Below are positions 26,963 through 35,595 of a stretch of 64,000 bases of DNA, piece after piece; within the stretch, counting starts at the first letter, position 1, and each line of letters starts with the position of its first letter. The DNA comes from Candidatus Doudnabacteria bacterium RIFCSPHIGHO2_02_FULL_42_25. Lineage in GTDB: Bacteria; Patescibacteriota; Doudnabacteria; UBA920; O2-02-FULL-48-8. Both the position numbers and the translations under genes were made by a program. The notes beneath the pieces were generated by a model. The model did not search any database. It was not told the origin of the DNA and was given only the letters and a program-made list of their open reading frames with translations. Location of the stretch: NCBI GenBank assembly GCA_001777665.1, contig MFEQ01000003.1:11258-75257 (forward strand). Reading direction: 5' to 3'.

Positions 26963-28265
26963 TTGTAATTTGTGATTTGTTATTTATGTTCGGCAGTGCT
27001 GCTAGCATTCCCAATACCACGCCGAACATTAGTCTTCCTTGTTGAATTGTAACAAAATAATGATCCATTTGTCCCAATGCTAAAAATAAAATGCCAAGCA
27101 ACGTCAAACTAAAAACTAATGGGTCAGAGAAAATATTTTTTAGTTTGGAAAAAATTTCGTAAAGGATCATTATAAATAATCCCAAACCGAGTACTCCTAG
27201 TTCTGCTGCGGTAAAAATAAAAATATTATGCGGTGGTTGATATTGCCAAGGTTGCATGTGAAACAAATCTTGTTGTGCAACTGTGTAATTCCCCACTCCC
27301 ACACCTAGTATCGGAAATTTTTTGATTATCTCCACCCCTTTATCATTGAAAAATTCTCTGTCAGTGACACTTCTTGGATCAGGATTATATATTCTTGATT
27401 CAAAACTCGAATTGTAAAGCAAAAATATAGTTACACATGAAACAAGTACTATAAAAAGAAGAAATCCTACTTTTCTTTTTTGGTCTCTTAGCCAAAAGAA
27501 TCCCATGAAACTAATTATAGAGATTCCTGAGGCTAGCCAAGCCATTCGTGAAAAGGATGTAAAAATCCCGATTAAGATAACAATAAGCACACCCTCAAGG
27601 GCAAAATGCCTTATTTTAGCCTTTTTTTGGTCAGATGTTTCCTGTGAAACAAAGAATAAGCCCAGGATAAGACCCAAAATTAGGAAAGCTCCTAAAATAT
27701 TTGGGTGAGGCATGGTTCCATAGGCACGGATCACCTTCCCACTAATAGTTTCAATGGTAGAGAGGCCAGCCGTGCCTAAAGGGGCAATATATTCCCCTAG
27801 CCAACCCAAACCAACCATATGTTGCATGTGAAACTGTGCCCATCCTAGTCCGGCTTGAAGCAATGCACCGATAAACAATATCCAAGCAGAAGCCTTAAAT
27901 GACAATGTTTCATTAAATGTTTCACGGATATATAGGATAATTCCGAGGAATTCTAGCCATTTGAATGTTCCATACCATCCAAGTTCCACATGTTTCACGT
28001 GAAAGAGGGTGACAATGATGAGTGAAACAAGTCCTAAACAAAGTAAGAACAGCCTTGATTGGACAAGTTTCGTGAAACTAGGACGGTCAAAGATAAGCCA
28101 ACTTGTGAAACAAGCGACAAGAATAATATCAGTTAGATATAAAAATATGGCTAAATGGTAATCAAAATACCATGAAACATAGGATTGGTCTGCGTTAAGC
28201 AGAATCCGAGTCTGAAACGGTAGAGTAAATAAGAATAAATAGAATAATAATCGATGAAGTTTCAT
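26940..28265 (-). CDS. O-antigen ligase (Wzy_C)-like polytopic membrane protein (second copy)
   Basis: Multi-TM protein with a Wzy_C-like region (FSRMAWLASGISIISF). Confidence 0.55.
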   Translation of the reverse strand: MKLHRLLFYLFLFTLPFQTRILLNADQSYVSWYFDYHLAIFLYLTDIILVACFTSWLIFDRPSFTKLVQSRLFLLCLGLVSLIIVTLFHVKHVELGWYGTFKWLEFLGIILYIRETFNETLSFKASAWILFIGALLQAGLGWAQFHMQHMVGLGWLGEYIAPLGTAGLSTIETISGKVIRAYGTMPHPNILGAFLILGLILGLFFVSQETSDQKKAKIRHFALEGVLIVILIGIFTSFSRMAWLASGISIISFMGFFWLRDQKRKVGFLLFIVLVSCVTIFLLYNSSFESRIYNPDPRSVTDREFFNDKGVEIIKKFPILGVGVGNYTVAQQDLFHMQPWQYQPPHNIFIFTAAELGVLGLGLFIMILYEIFSKLKNIFSDPLVFSLTLLGILFLALGQMDHYFVTIQQGRLMFGVVLGMLAALPNINNKSQITNDTQELH

Positions 28266-28437
28266 GTGGAACTATATTAGACCATAAATTTGTTTAATTA
28301 TCAAGTTTATGGCTTAGTAAAGAGATCTGATTAAATTATAGAATAGTTTGTATTGATTGTCTGCGATTAACTATTGATTGGAGAATCTTTTTATGATAAC
28401 ATTTCCACACTGTCACAACAGAAAGGAGGGTAGAAAC

Positions 28438-28641
28438 GTGACTGACATTAGGCGAAAAAACAGCCTGTTCATACAGGGGCCTCTTATCTTGAATGATTCA
28501 CCAGACGCCGAACTCACTGCAGGCGAATGGATTGACATCCTTCTGGATGAGAAGGACAACCTTGTAGCCGAACAGGTATTCAAGGCTGCCGAACTGCTTT
28601 CCAAACTCACCCAGAAGCTTTCCACCGAACTTGCTGCCTGA
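28438..28641 (+). CDS. hypothetical small protein (GTG start after aaaggaggg SD), moderately GC-rich
   Basis: Strong SD 7 nt upstream of GTG 28438. 67 aa, acidic. Confidence 0.3.
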   Translation: MTDIRRKNSLFIQGPLILNDSPDAELTAGEWIDILLDEKDNLVAEQVFKAAELLSKLTQKLSTELAA

Positions 28642-28669
28642 GGTCCAACATGTCACACGTCGTTCGCTC

Positions 28670-28746
28670 AACGCCAGACTGCCTACCGACAGGGAAAAAA
28701 CCCATTTTCTGCATGCTGCAGATTACCTGTCAACCAGTCTGGCGTT
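28670..28746. repeat. 12-bp inverted repeat AACGCCAGACTG/CAGTCTGGCGTT enclosing 53 nt
   Basis: Perfect arms at 28670-28681 and 28735-28746. Confidence 0.6.
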
Positions 28747-28800
28747 CTCTTGTCTGGAAATAAATTGAAATAAAAATTATAATTAAATCGTGATTAATAA

Positions 28801-28874
28801 CGGGGTGTCGTATACCGGTAGTACGCACGATTCGGGTTCGTGTAGACTGGGTTCAATTCCCAGCACCCCGACCA
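28801..28874 (+). tRNA. tRNA-Pro(CGG)
   Basis: Acceptor CGGGGTG/CACCCCG, discriminator A, CCA. Anticodon loop TTCGGGT. T-arm CTGGGTTCAATTCCCAG. Confidence 0.8.
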
Positions 28875-29004
28875 GTAAACGCTCGGCATATTTGTAAAAA
28901 TTACCGGCCATAAAATTCTGCTGAATTTTTGGCCTACGCGCTCGCACCGTCGTGCTGCGCAAGTTAATTTATTACAAAAATGCCTCGCTACAGAAGTTTA
29001 ATGT

Positions 29005-29442
29005 ATGAAACAGGGATTTGATTTTATAGGGAATTCAGTAGTGTATTTTTGTCATGATGGGAAGGGGAATGTGGTTATGGCAAAAAGAAGTCAAAATGCT
29101 CGCGATGAAAAAGGACGGTGGGATATAGGTGGGGGAGCGTTGGAACTTTATGAAACAGTTGATCAAGCTCTGCGTAAAGAAATTAAAGAAGAATATAATT
29201 GTGAAGTTATAAGTTATGAGTTTATAGGTTTCCGTGAAGTCCATCGTGAGATTGACGGGCGAAAAACTCATTGGATTAGTTTAGATTTTAAAGTATTGGT
29301 TGATGTTTCAGATTTGAAAACCAATGAGCCGCATAAGTTTGATGAGGTGAAACTATTTCCGATTAGCGAAATGATACGCGAACCTGAACAGGTCCATTCG
29401 CAGCTCCCAGAGTTTTTAGAAAAGTATAAAGATAGATTGTAA
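29005..29442 (+). CDS. NUDIX hydrolase
   Basis: Nudix box GGGALELYETVDQALRKEIKEEYN. Confidence 0.8.
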   Translation: MKQGFDFIGNSVVYFCHDGKGNVVMAKRSQNARDEKGRWDIGGGALELYETVDQALRKEIKEEYNCEVISYEFIGFREVHREIDGRKTHWISLDFKVLVDVSDLKTNEPHKFDEVKLFPISEMIREPEQVHSQLPEFLEKYKDRL

Positions 29443-29550
29443 TGAAACAATGAAACATTTGACAAAGAACCCCAACAAAAAAGACTTCACTGGGTTTACA
29501 GGACATCACTTTTCCAGTAAAATAAACTGCAAGATGTTGTAGAGAATTTT

Positions 29551-29625
29551 GCCCTTATCGTTCAATGGATAGGACAGGGATTTCCTAAATCTCAAACCCA
29601 GGTTCGACTCCTGGTAAGGGCACCA
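29551..29625 (+). tRNA. tRNA-Arg(CCT)
   Basis: GCCCTTA...TAAGGGC acceptor. Anticodon loop TTCCTAA. T-arm CCAGGTTCGACTCCTGG, then CCA. Confidence 0.85.
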
Positions 29626-29780
29626 GAAGCTCGCAATTTACCGTTCGAAACACGGCGTCAAATTTCGCTAGTCGCTAAATTTGCGCCTAAGCTCTCGTCC
29701 TCGTTGCGGTTATGCAACTTCGGACTGCGAGATTGTTTCTCACTCGGCAAATTGCTCGCCGGAAATTTATTGATAGACGT

Positions 29781-29854
29781 GGGCCCATAGTATAATGGTA
29801 ATACGCGACTATGGCATAGTTGAGTCTGGGGTTCGATTCCCCATGGGTCCACCA
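29781..29854 (+). tRNA. tRNA-Ala(GGC)
   Basis: GGGCCCA/TGGGTCC acceptor with G3:U70. Anticodon loop ATGGCAT. T-arm CTGGGGTTCGATTCCCCAT, then CCA. Confidence 0.85.
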
Positions 29855-29861
29855 AAGAAGA

Positions 29862-29895
29862 CTTCGTGAAAGATTCGTGAAGTCTTTTTTGTTTT
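29862..29895 (+). terminator. terminator hairpin after tRNA-Ala (aagacttcgtgaaagattcgtgaagtcttttttg)
   Basis: 8-bp stem plus a T-run. The rnhB -10 box (tataat) follows directly. Confidence 0.65.
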
Positions 29896-29910
29896 TGCTA
29901 TAATACAATC

Positions 29911-30612
29911 ATGAAATTTCCGACATATAAATACGAAACAAAAAAGATGGATGAGGGATTTCGAGTTGTGGCTGGATGTGATGAAGTGGGGATAGCACCA
30001 ATTGCTGGTCCTGTGGTTGCAGCAACGGTAATTTTAGATGCGACATCGATAGGGAAGCAGAGATCGAAAAGTAAATGGTGGTATCGCGTGAGAGATTCCA
30101 AAACAGTTGATGAAAAAGAACGCAATGAATTAGTTAGTTTTATCAAAGATCACTGCATTGATTTTGGTGTCGGTGTCGTGTCACACGAAACGATTGATGA
30201 AATAAATATTTACCAAGCTTCACTCCTCGCCATGGAAAAATCTGTGAGTGAATTAAACACTGTTCCGGATTTTCTTTTCTTAGATGGCATCCATAAGTTA
30301 ACAAAGCTTTCTATCGTGCAACAACCAGTCATCAGTGGTGACGCAAAAATTTTGTCGATCAGTGCCGCATCGCTCGTCGCGAAAGTTGCACGCGATAAAA
30401 TTTTGCATGAGATGCATGAAATTTTTCCTGAATACGGATTTGATAAACATAAAGGTTACGGTACCCAGTTCCACAAGACCGCCCTGATGAAACACGGCGT
30501 GACGCCGATGCATCGCCAAACTTTTGGCTTTGTAGCTTTGTGTTTGAAGCGGATGAAGTCAATGAATAATTTTAAGAAAATTTTTCTAGCCCCAGAACCA
30601 TCCCGGACTTGA
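29911..30612 (+). CDS. rnhB: ribonuclease HII
   Basis: VAGCDEVGIAPIAGPVVAA active-site motif. Confidence 0.9.
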   Translation: MKFPTYKYETKKMDEGFRVVAGCDEVGIAPIAGPVVAATVILDATSIGKQRSKSKWWYRVRDSKTVDEKERNELVSFIKDHCIDFGVGVVSHETIDEINIYQASLLAMEKSVSELNTVPDFLFLDGIHKLTKLSIVQQPVISGDAKILSISAASLVAKVARDKILHEMHEIFPEYGFDKHKGYGTQFHKTALMKHGVTPMHRQTFGFVALCLKRMKSMNNFKKIFLAPEPSRT

Positions 30613-30647
30613 TCCGGGATCCATACCATATTAAAATAAGATGATAC

Positions 30648-30737
30648 GGTGGGTTGTGCCGAATTGGCTAAGGCACCGGTTTCGAAAACCGGCGCCCCTC
30701 ACGGGGCTTACAGGTTCGAGTCCTGTACCCACCGCCA
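30648..30737 (+). tRNA. tRNA-Ser(CGA), type II
   Basis: GGTGGGT...ACCCACC acceptor, discriminator G, CCA. Anticodon loop TTCGAAA. Long variable arm. Confidence 0.85.
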
Positions 30738-30757
30738 GTAAATTTTTAACTTGCTCA

Positions 30758-31120
30758 ATGATCTACAGATTCTATAAAAATGAGACGGGTTGGTTTATAG
30801 ATCTGCCTAACTACCCACTTTCCAAAGCACATTTAGCCATGGTTAAAGGTGCCGATATACTGCTCAATCAGCTCTCGGAAAATGGCAATGAAATTTACGC
30901 AGAGATTTCCACCCAACCCATCCCTGATTACACGGACGTATTGGATAGAGTAAAAAAGCTCGGCCTTAGTAAAGGCGCGATATACAAAGGAAATAAAATC
31001 AAAATAAACTATAAAATCTTAGAAGAAAATAACCTTTGGTTATGTCCAGTGACGCTCTTTGTATTTTGGTATTATCCGAAGAGAATATATTATAGAATCC
31101 TCCCGTCTCCGCCAAAATGA
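30758..31120 (+). CDS. hypothetical protein
   Basis: Frame trimmed to the ATG at 30758, because the longer frame overlaps tRNA-Ser. 120 aa. Confidence 0.4.
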   Translation: MIYRFYKNETGWFIDLPNYPLSKAHLAMVKGADILLNQLSENGNEIYAEISTQPIPDYTDVLDRVKKLGLSKGAIYKGNKIKINYKILEENNLWLCPVTLFVFWYYPKRIYYRILPSPPK

Positions 31121-31145
31121 TATATCCAAAGGTCCCTTTTCGTAA

Positions 31146-31174
31146 TTGACATTTGTATCCGTGTTTGCTATCAT
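31146..31174 (+). promoter_or_regulatory. promoter TTGACA-17-TATCAT driving a leaderless TrpR-like gene
   Basis: -10 ends 8 nt before ATG 31183. Confidence 0.5.
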
Positions 31175-31182
31175 GCAAACAA

Positions 31183-31695
31183 ATGAGGACAGTAGGATAT
31201 AAGCTTAATAAACAGCAGCAGGAAGGGCTTTTTGTTAAATTGGCGAGAGCTGTAGCTTTGTTGCGCAATCCGGTCGAAGGAGCGGAGTTTATCAAGGATT
31301 TACTTTCTGAATCCGAAGTAATTATGTTGGCGCGAAGACTGCAGGTAGCGGAATTGCTGATTGAGGGTAAAACTTACCGTGAGATTAGCAAGGAACTAAA
31401 AGTTGGGTTAAATACAATAGTAAAAATTCAAACTTGGCTGAATCTTTACGGGGAGGGTTACCGAAGTGTTGTTGCCAAAATGAGTAAACAAGCGAAAGAT
31501 CGCCAGGAACCCGATCCGCATAGGCCTTTTGCTGAACTTAAACGCAAGTATCCACTATATTTTTGGCCACAGCTGTTGTTAGAGGAATTAGTAAAAACTG
31601 CCAATAAACGTGAAAAAGAAAGACTGCGGAAGATTATAAGTCAATCAAAAGAAAAGACGCAGTTATCCAGACAGTTATCAAAACTGCTACAATAA
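31183..31695 (+). CDS. TrpR/YerC-family (Trp repressor-like) DNA-binding protein
   Basis: LSESEVIMLARRLQVAELLIEGKTYREISKELKVGLNTIVKI. The TTG-start extension in the ORF track lies inside the promoter and was trimmed. Confidence 0.6.
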   Translation: MRTVGYKLNKQQQEGLFVKLARAVALLRNPVEGAEFIKDLLSESEVIMLARRLQVAELLIEGKTYREISKELKVGLNTIVKIQTWLNLYGEGYRSVVAKMSKQAKDRQEPDPHRPFAELKRKYPLYFWPQLLLEELVKTANKREKERLRKIISQSKEKTQLSRQLSKLLQ

Positions 31696-31699
31696 CCAC

Positions 31700-32854
31700 A
31701 TGGCAAAAACAAAAATTCTAGTATTGTGCACAGCCGTCGGATATGGCATCAAAGCCACAGCTGACAATATCGCCCAGCAGTTAAGTAAATCTGAAGAATA
31801 TGAAGTCCGCTCGGAAACAGTGGAAAAAGTTGAAAGCGGCATGGCGAGTTCGGCGGTTATAAAAATTTATTTAATGCTCCTAGATAAAATTTCACCGGTC
31901 TGGGGGTATTTGTATAGTTCGCGTCTGGTTATGGCGATAAGTTTGCCGATGCGAAAATTTCTGGCATCATTCAAGGTCAAAAATGTTTTACAAATTTTGC
32001 GAGAGTTCCAACCAGCGATCGTCATCTCGACTCAAACCGTGCCATCCGGGATTATCGCTTATCTGAAATCCAAAGGTCTGTATTTGGGAAAATTAGTTAT
32101 AGTTTTTTCGGATTATCATTTGCACTCTTTCTGGTTGTATGATGAAGCGGATTTGTATATTTGTAATATTCCAGAACAAGTAGACGAACTGAAAAAATTA
32201 GGAGTGCCAGAATCTAAAATTCGTTTGACTGGAACCTTGGTTGCTGAAAAGTTTTTTCAGGACATCAGTAAAGATAACGCACGTGATCAGCTGGGGTTGC
32301 TAAAAAGTATGCCTATGGTACTCATGGGTGGGGCGGGGAGAGCCAGAGCCTCGAACAAAGAAGTATTCAAACAGTTACTGCGGAGCTCCAGGTCATTTCA
32401 AGTCGTAGTTATATGTGGGAAGAACGAAGAGTTGCGCGAGGAGCTGTCAGCCATATCAGCTCCAGCGCCACATCCGGTTCGAATTTTGGGCTATGTCGAT
32501 AACATGGAAGTACTGATGTCTGCGGCTGACGTTTTGATTTATAAAACCGGGGGACCGAGTATGGCCGAAGCTGTGATTAAGAAGCTACCTATGATCTTAA
32601 CCGATATTCGGCCAGGGCATGAATTGATCAATCTGAATTATTTAGTAAATAATGGGATAGCGAAGTATGCCAGGATTCCCAGAGAAGCCGTTTTTATGGC
32701 TGAACAAGTTTTGGATGGAAAAACTGTATTTAATCACGAAAAAAATTATGAAAAAATCGTTAAGCCCCCTGGAGCAGTGACATTAGTGGAAGCTATCAAA
32801 GATATTATCCCCGAACCAGAGGGTCTAAAAATCAAGAATTATCAAGAAAATTGA
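31700..32854 (+). CDS. GT28-family glycosyltransferase (MGDG synthase/UgtP-like)
   Basis: N-terminal MGDG_synth-like region (ILVLCTAVGYG...) and a C-terminal GT-B domain. Confidence 0.55.
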   Translation: MAKTKILVLCTAVGYGIKATADNIAQQLSKSEEYEVRSETVEKVESGMASSAVIKIYLMLLDKISPVWGYLYSSRLVMAISLPMRKFLASFKVKNVLQILREFQPAIVISTQTVPSGIIAYLKSKGLYLGKLVIVFSDYHLHSFWLYDEADLYICNIPEQVDELKKLGVPESKIRLTGTLVAEKFFQDISKDNARDQLGLLKSMPMVLMGGAGRARASNKEVFKQLLRSSRSFQVVVICGKNEELREELSAISAPAPHPVRILGYVDNMEVLMSAADVLIYKTGGPSMAEAVIKKLPMILTDIRPGHELINLNYLVNNGIAKYARIPREAVFMAEQVLDGKTVFNHEKNYEKIVKPPGAVTLVEAIKDIIPEPEGLKIKNYQEN

Positions 32855-32859
32855 ACCAT

Positions 32860-32888
32860 TTGACATTCATTGGCCAATAAATTAATAT
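32860..32888 (+). promoter_or_regulatory. promoter TTGACA-17-TAATAT upstream of hsp20
   Basis: -35 32860-32865, -10 32883-32888. Confidence 0.5.
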
Positions 32889-32908
32889 CAAGCTACAAGT
32901 TAAATCCT

Positions 32909-33370
32909 ATGGCCAAAGATAAGAATTTAATCAACAAACTAATGGGGACACAAACTATGGAAGACGAGCAAGAAACCGATTTGGAAACCACCAATGTACA
33001 GCAGGAGGGGAGTTCGGAAGATTGGCTTTCAGAGTATGAAGGACAGCTGACTATAGATATGTATCAGACGAAAGATAATGTCATTATCAAATCCACAATT
33101 GCTGGGGTGAAACCAGAAGATATCGATGTCACGATAGCCAATGACATGGTCACTGTTCGAGGCGAGCGAAAGCGAGACTTCGAAGCTTCTAGTGAAGATT
33201 ATTTCTATCAAGAATGTTATTGGGGATCGTTTAGCCGATCAGTGGTACTGCCAGTAGATGTAGATATCGAGAATGTCAGTGCTGATCTCAAAGATGGAAT
33301 TCTCACCGTGGTACTTCCAAAGGCTGCGAAATCCAAAGCCAAGAAGATCCGAGTTGGCGCTCGAACCTAA
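32909..33370 (+). CDS. Hsp20/alpha-crystallin small heat-shock protein
   Basis: ACD signature ...VTVRGER...DGILTVVLPKA. Start placed at ATG 32909, downstream of the promoter. Confidence 0.85.
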   Translation: MAKDKNLINKLMGTQTMEDEQETDLETTNVQQEGSSEDWLSEYEGQLTIDMYQTKDNVIIKSTIAGVKPEDIDVTIANDMVTVRGERKRDFEASSEDYFYQECYWGSFSRSVVLPVDVDIENVSADLKDGILTVVLPKAAKSKAKKIRVGART

Positions 33371-33449
33371 ATTTAGTAAAACAAAACTTAATAAAACAAA
33401 CAATTAATGTGAGAGAGAATTAAAGGCGGCGGATAGTCGCTTTTAATTT

Positions 33450-33848
33450 ATGTATAAAAATGATTTTGATAAATGGAACGAAATAAAAAAACGAGTTCAT
33501 TCTCAGAAAATTTTTCACCATCCGTTCCCAAAAGAGGGAGAAGTCTGGATGAGCATCCTAGGTAGAAATGTAGGATTTGAACAGAATGGTGGAGGTAATA
33601 ATTTTTCCCGACCGATCTTAGTAATCAAAAAGTTTAATAATCAAATGTTTTGGATAGCTCCATTAAGTACGAAACAAAAAAATTTGGACTTTTATTATAA
33701 TTTTATAGATTCAGATCATCGAAAGGTATCAGTGATTTTAGCCCAACTAAGATTGATAAGTGTGAAAAGATTTAAACGTAAAATGTACGAATTATCAGCT
33801 TCGAAGTTTGAAAATATTAAACAGATTTTAAAAAGTTTCATAGCCTAA
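33450..33848 (+). CDS. PemK/MazF-fold toxin-like protein (solitary)
   Basis: GEVWMSILGRNVGFEQNGGGNNFSRPILVIKK...IAPLSTKQKN parallels the MazF core. No adjacent antitoxin recognised. Confidence 0.45.
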   Translation: MYKNDFDKWNEIKKRVHSQKIFHHPFPKEGEVWMSILGRNVGFEQNGGGNNFSRPILVIKKFNNQMFWIAPLSTKQKNLDFYYNFIDSDHRKVSVILAQLRLISVKRFKRKMYELSASKFENIKQILKSFIA

Positions 33849-33851
33849 AAA

Positions 33852-33885
33852 TCGAAACCCCGCTATAAGCGGGGTTTCTCGGAGC
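33852..33885. terminator. terminator hairpin gaaaccccgctataagcggggtttc (functional mainly for the - strand)
   Basis: On the - strand the hairpin is followed by gattttta. Confidence 0.55.
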
Positions 33886-34093
33886 CCGAAGGCACTTTAT
33901 ATTGACATTATATAGTTAACGTATATTTTTGTCAATGAATGGTATATTATATTTTTACTATCAAACTCTATGAGCGAATTACCTTTTTGGAGAAAAGCGC
34001 TATTAATTATAGTCCTTGTAATTGCAGCTATACTAGCAGCAGCTTTTGTCCTGACATTTTTCTTATAAAAAAGGGCGAGTCGCAAGACTTGCC

Positions 34094-34669
34094 TTAGTGT
34101 CTGATCGTGGCAACAATGTAGTTGCGCATTATCAGATGTCCTCTGAGATCTGTATAAGCCACGGTGGCAACCGATAACCAGGCAATTTTTGGAACCGTAA
34201 AACTTATTCGCGGCCCCACAAGTGCTTGGTTTTTTATGTTCCCGTTCAGCCCGGTTACAGCTTCGAATTCGAATCCAGATCGGAACACGAAGTTTTTGAT
34301 CTGTAAGGGAGATGTTACAAAGACACTGGCTAAGGTCAGATTCGGCCGAATCTGGAATTCGGTATAGAGGTCCGTCCGTTTGTTCCGGTTATAGGCTCGA
34401 ACATTTATTAAAGGAGTCCGCGTACTTGCGGTAAAAACTCCACCGGACATGATCTCTAACCAATTCTGCCCATCTTTCATCAGCCAGCCTGCCACTATGA
34501 CCGTGCGAAAAGGCTGTGTGATATCTGGGAAAATTGTCCAGCCAGCAATCCCTCTTCCTTCATTGTTAGGGATTTGCCAGTGAACCAAGGGACGGAGTTG
34601 ATAGTCACTATGTTGTCCTGCAAAAAGCGGGGAAGTAACCAAGAGCAAGGCGAGCACGAGTTTGTACAC
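34094..34669 (-). CDS. secreted hypothetical protein (GTG start with AGGAGG SD)
   Basis: ggcttaaaGGAGGattcGTG start context, then a signal peptide VYKLVLALLLVTSPLFAG. Confidence 0.5.
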   Translation of the reverse strand: MYKLVLALLLVTSPLFAGQHSDYQLRPLVHWQIPNNEGRGIAGWTIFPDITQPFRTVIVAGWLMKDGQNWLEIMSGGVFTASTRTPLINVRAYNRNKRTDLYTEFQIRPNLTLASVFVTSPLQIKNFVFRSGFEFEAVTGLNGNIKNQALVGPRISFTVPKIAWLSVATVAYTDLRGHLIMRNYIVATIRH

Positions 34670-34775
34670 GAATCCTCCTTTAAGCCAATAGTCAGTTTGA
34701 CTCTTGACGCCAAAGCATATATTATGTATAAAGAGTGGCCAATAGCACCATATGGTGATAATTAACACCACATAA

Positions 34776-35537
34776 ATGTATCAAGAAACATTCCAATTGT
34801 TGGGTTTAAGCCCAAATGAAGCTAAAATTTATGAAACTTTAGTTAGTTCCGGCGAATCTTCCGTTGGTGATATAGCGATTAATGCTAAGATTCACCGACG
34901 GAACGTATACGATTCGATCCAAAGACTAATTGAGAAGGGGCTGTGTTTCGAAATTCTTTCAAGTAGCGAAAACAAATATAGCGCAGTTGATCCAGGCAAG
35001 CTTTCTGAATTGATAGCAGAGAAACAGCAGAAACTAAATTTAATTCTGCCGGAACTTCAAAAGAAATTTCGACAAGGGACTTCGAAAGAAGAGGCTTATA
35101 TTTATCGTGGTTTTGAAGGCCAAAAAAATATTTGGAGAGATATTTTAAGAGTGGGGAAGGACAGTTTTTACATTGGAGCCAAAGGCGCGTGGTTTGATCC
35201 AAAACTAGATAAAATAGCCCGTGATGCATTTTTCAAAGAAGCTAATCGCAAAAAAATAAAATTTATCCAATTATTTGATTACGAAGTACAGTACGAAATT
35301 CCTGACTTTCCACATCATTTTCCAGGGAATTTGAAATACAGATTTTTGCCGAAGGAATATTCAACTAGTTCAGGTCTGGGAATTTATGGGGATTATATTG
35401 TTACGTATACGGGTATGAGTATTAAACATATCAATGAAGACACGGTGTTTTTTATTATGAAAAGCAAAGATCTAGCGGAAAGCTATCGTACTTGGTTTTG
35501 GTACATGTGGGAGCAGTCAACACCAGCAAAGAAATGA
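34776..35537 (+). CDS. TrmB family HTH transcriptional regulator (second copy)
   Basis: LSPNEAKIYETLVSSGESSVGDIAINAKIHRRNVYDSIQRLIEKG wHTH. Confidence 0.6.
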   Translation: MYQETFQLLGLSPNEAKIYETLVSSGESSVGDIAINAKIHRRNVYDSIQRLIEKGLCFEILSSSENKYSAVDPGKLSELIAEKQQKLNLILPELQKKFRQGTSKEEAYIYRGFEGQKNIWRDILRVGKDSFYIGAKGAWFDPKLDKIARDAFFKEANRKKIKFIQLFDYEVQYEIPDFPHHFPGNLKYRFLPKEYSTSSGLGIYGDYIVTYTGMSIKHINEDTVFFIMKSKDLAESYRTWFWYMWEQSTPAKK

Positions 35538-35595
35538 TCCTTGATTTTTGTTCGGGATTCTGGCATAATAACCTGTAAATTAATTTTACGGACGC

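Noticed and set aside
29658-30146. Three minus-strand ORFs (65-82 aa)
   Set aside because: Antisense to tRNA-Ala(GGC) and the rnhB 5' end. Ser/Arg-rich artefactual composition.
31153-31182. TTG-initiated N-terminal extension of the TrpR-like ORF
   Set aside because: The extension lies within the -35/-10 of the gene's own promoter.
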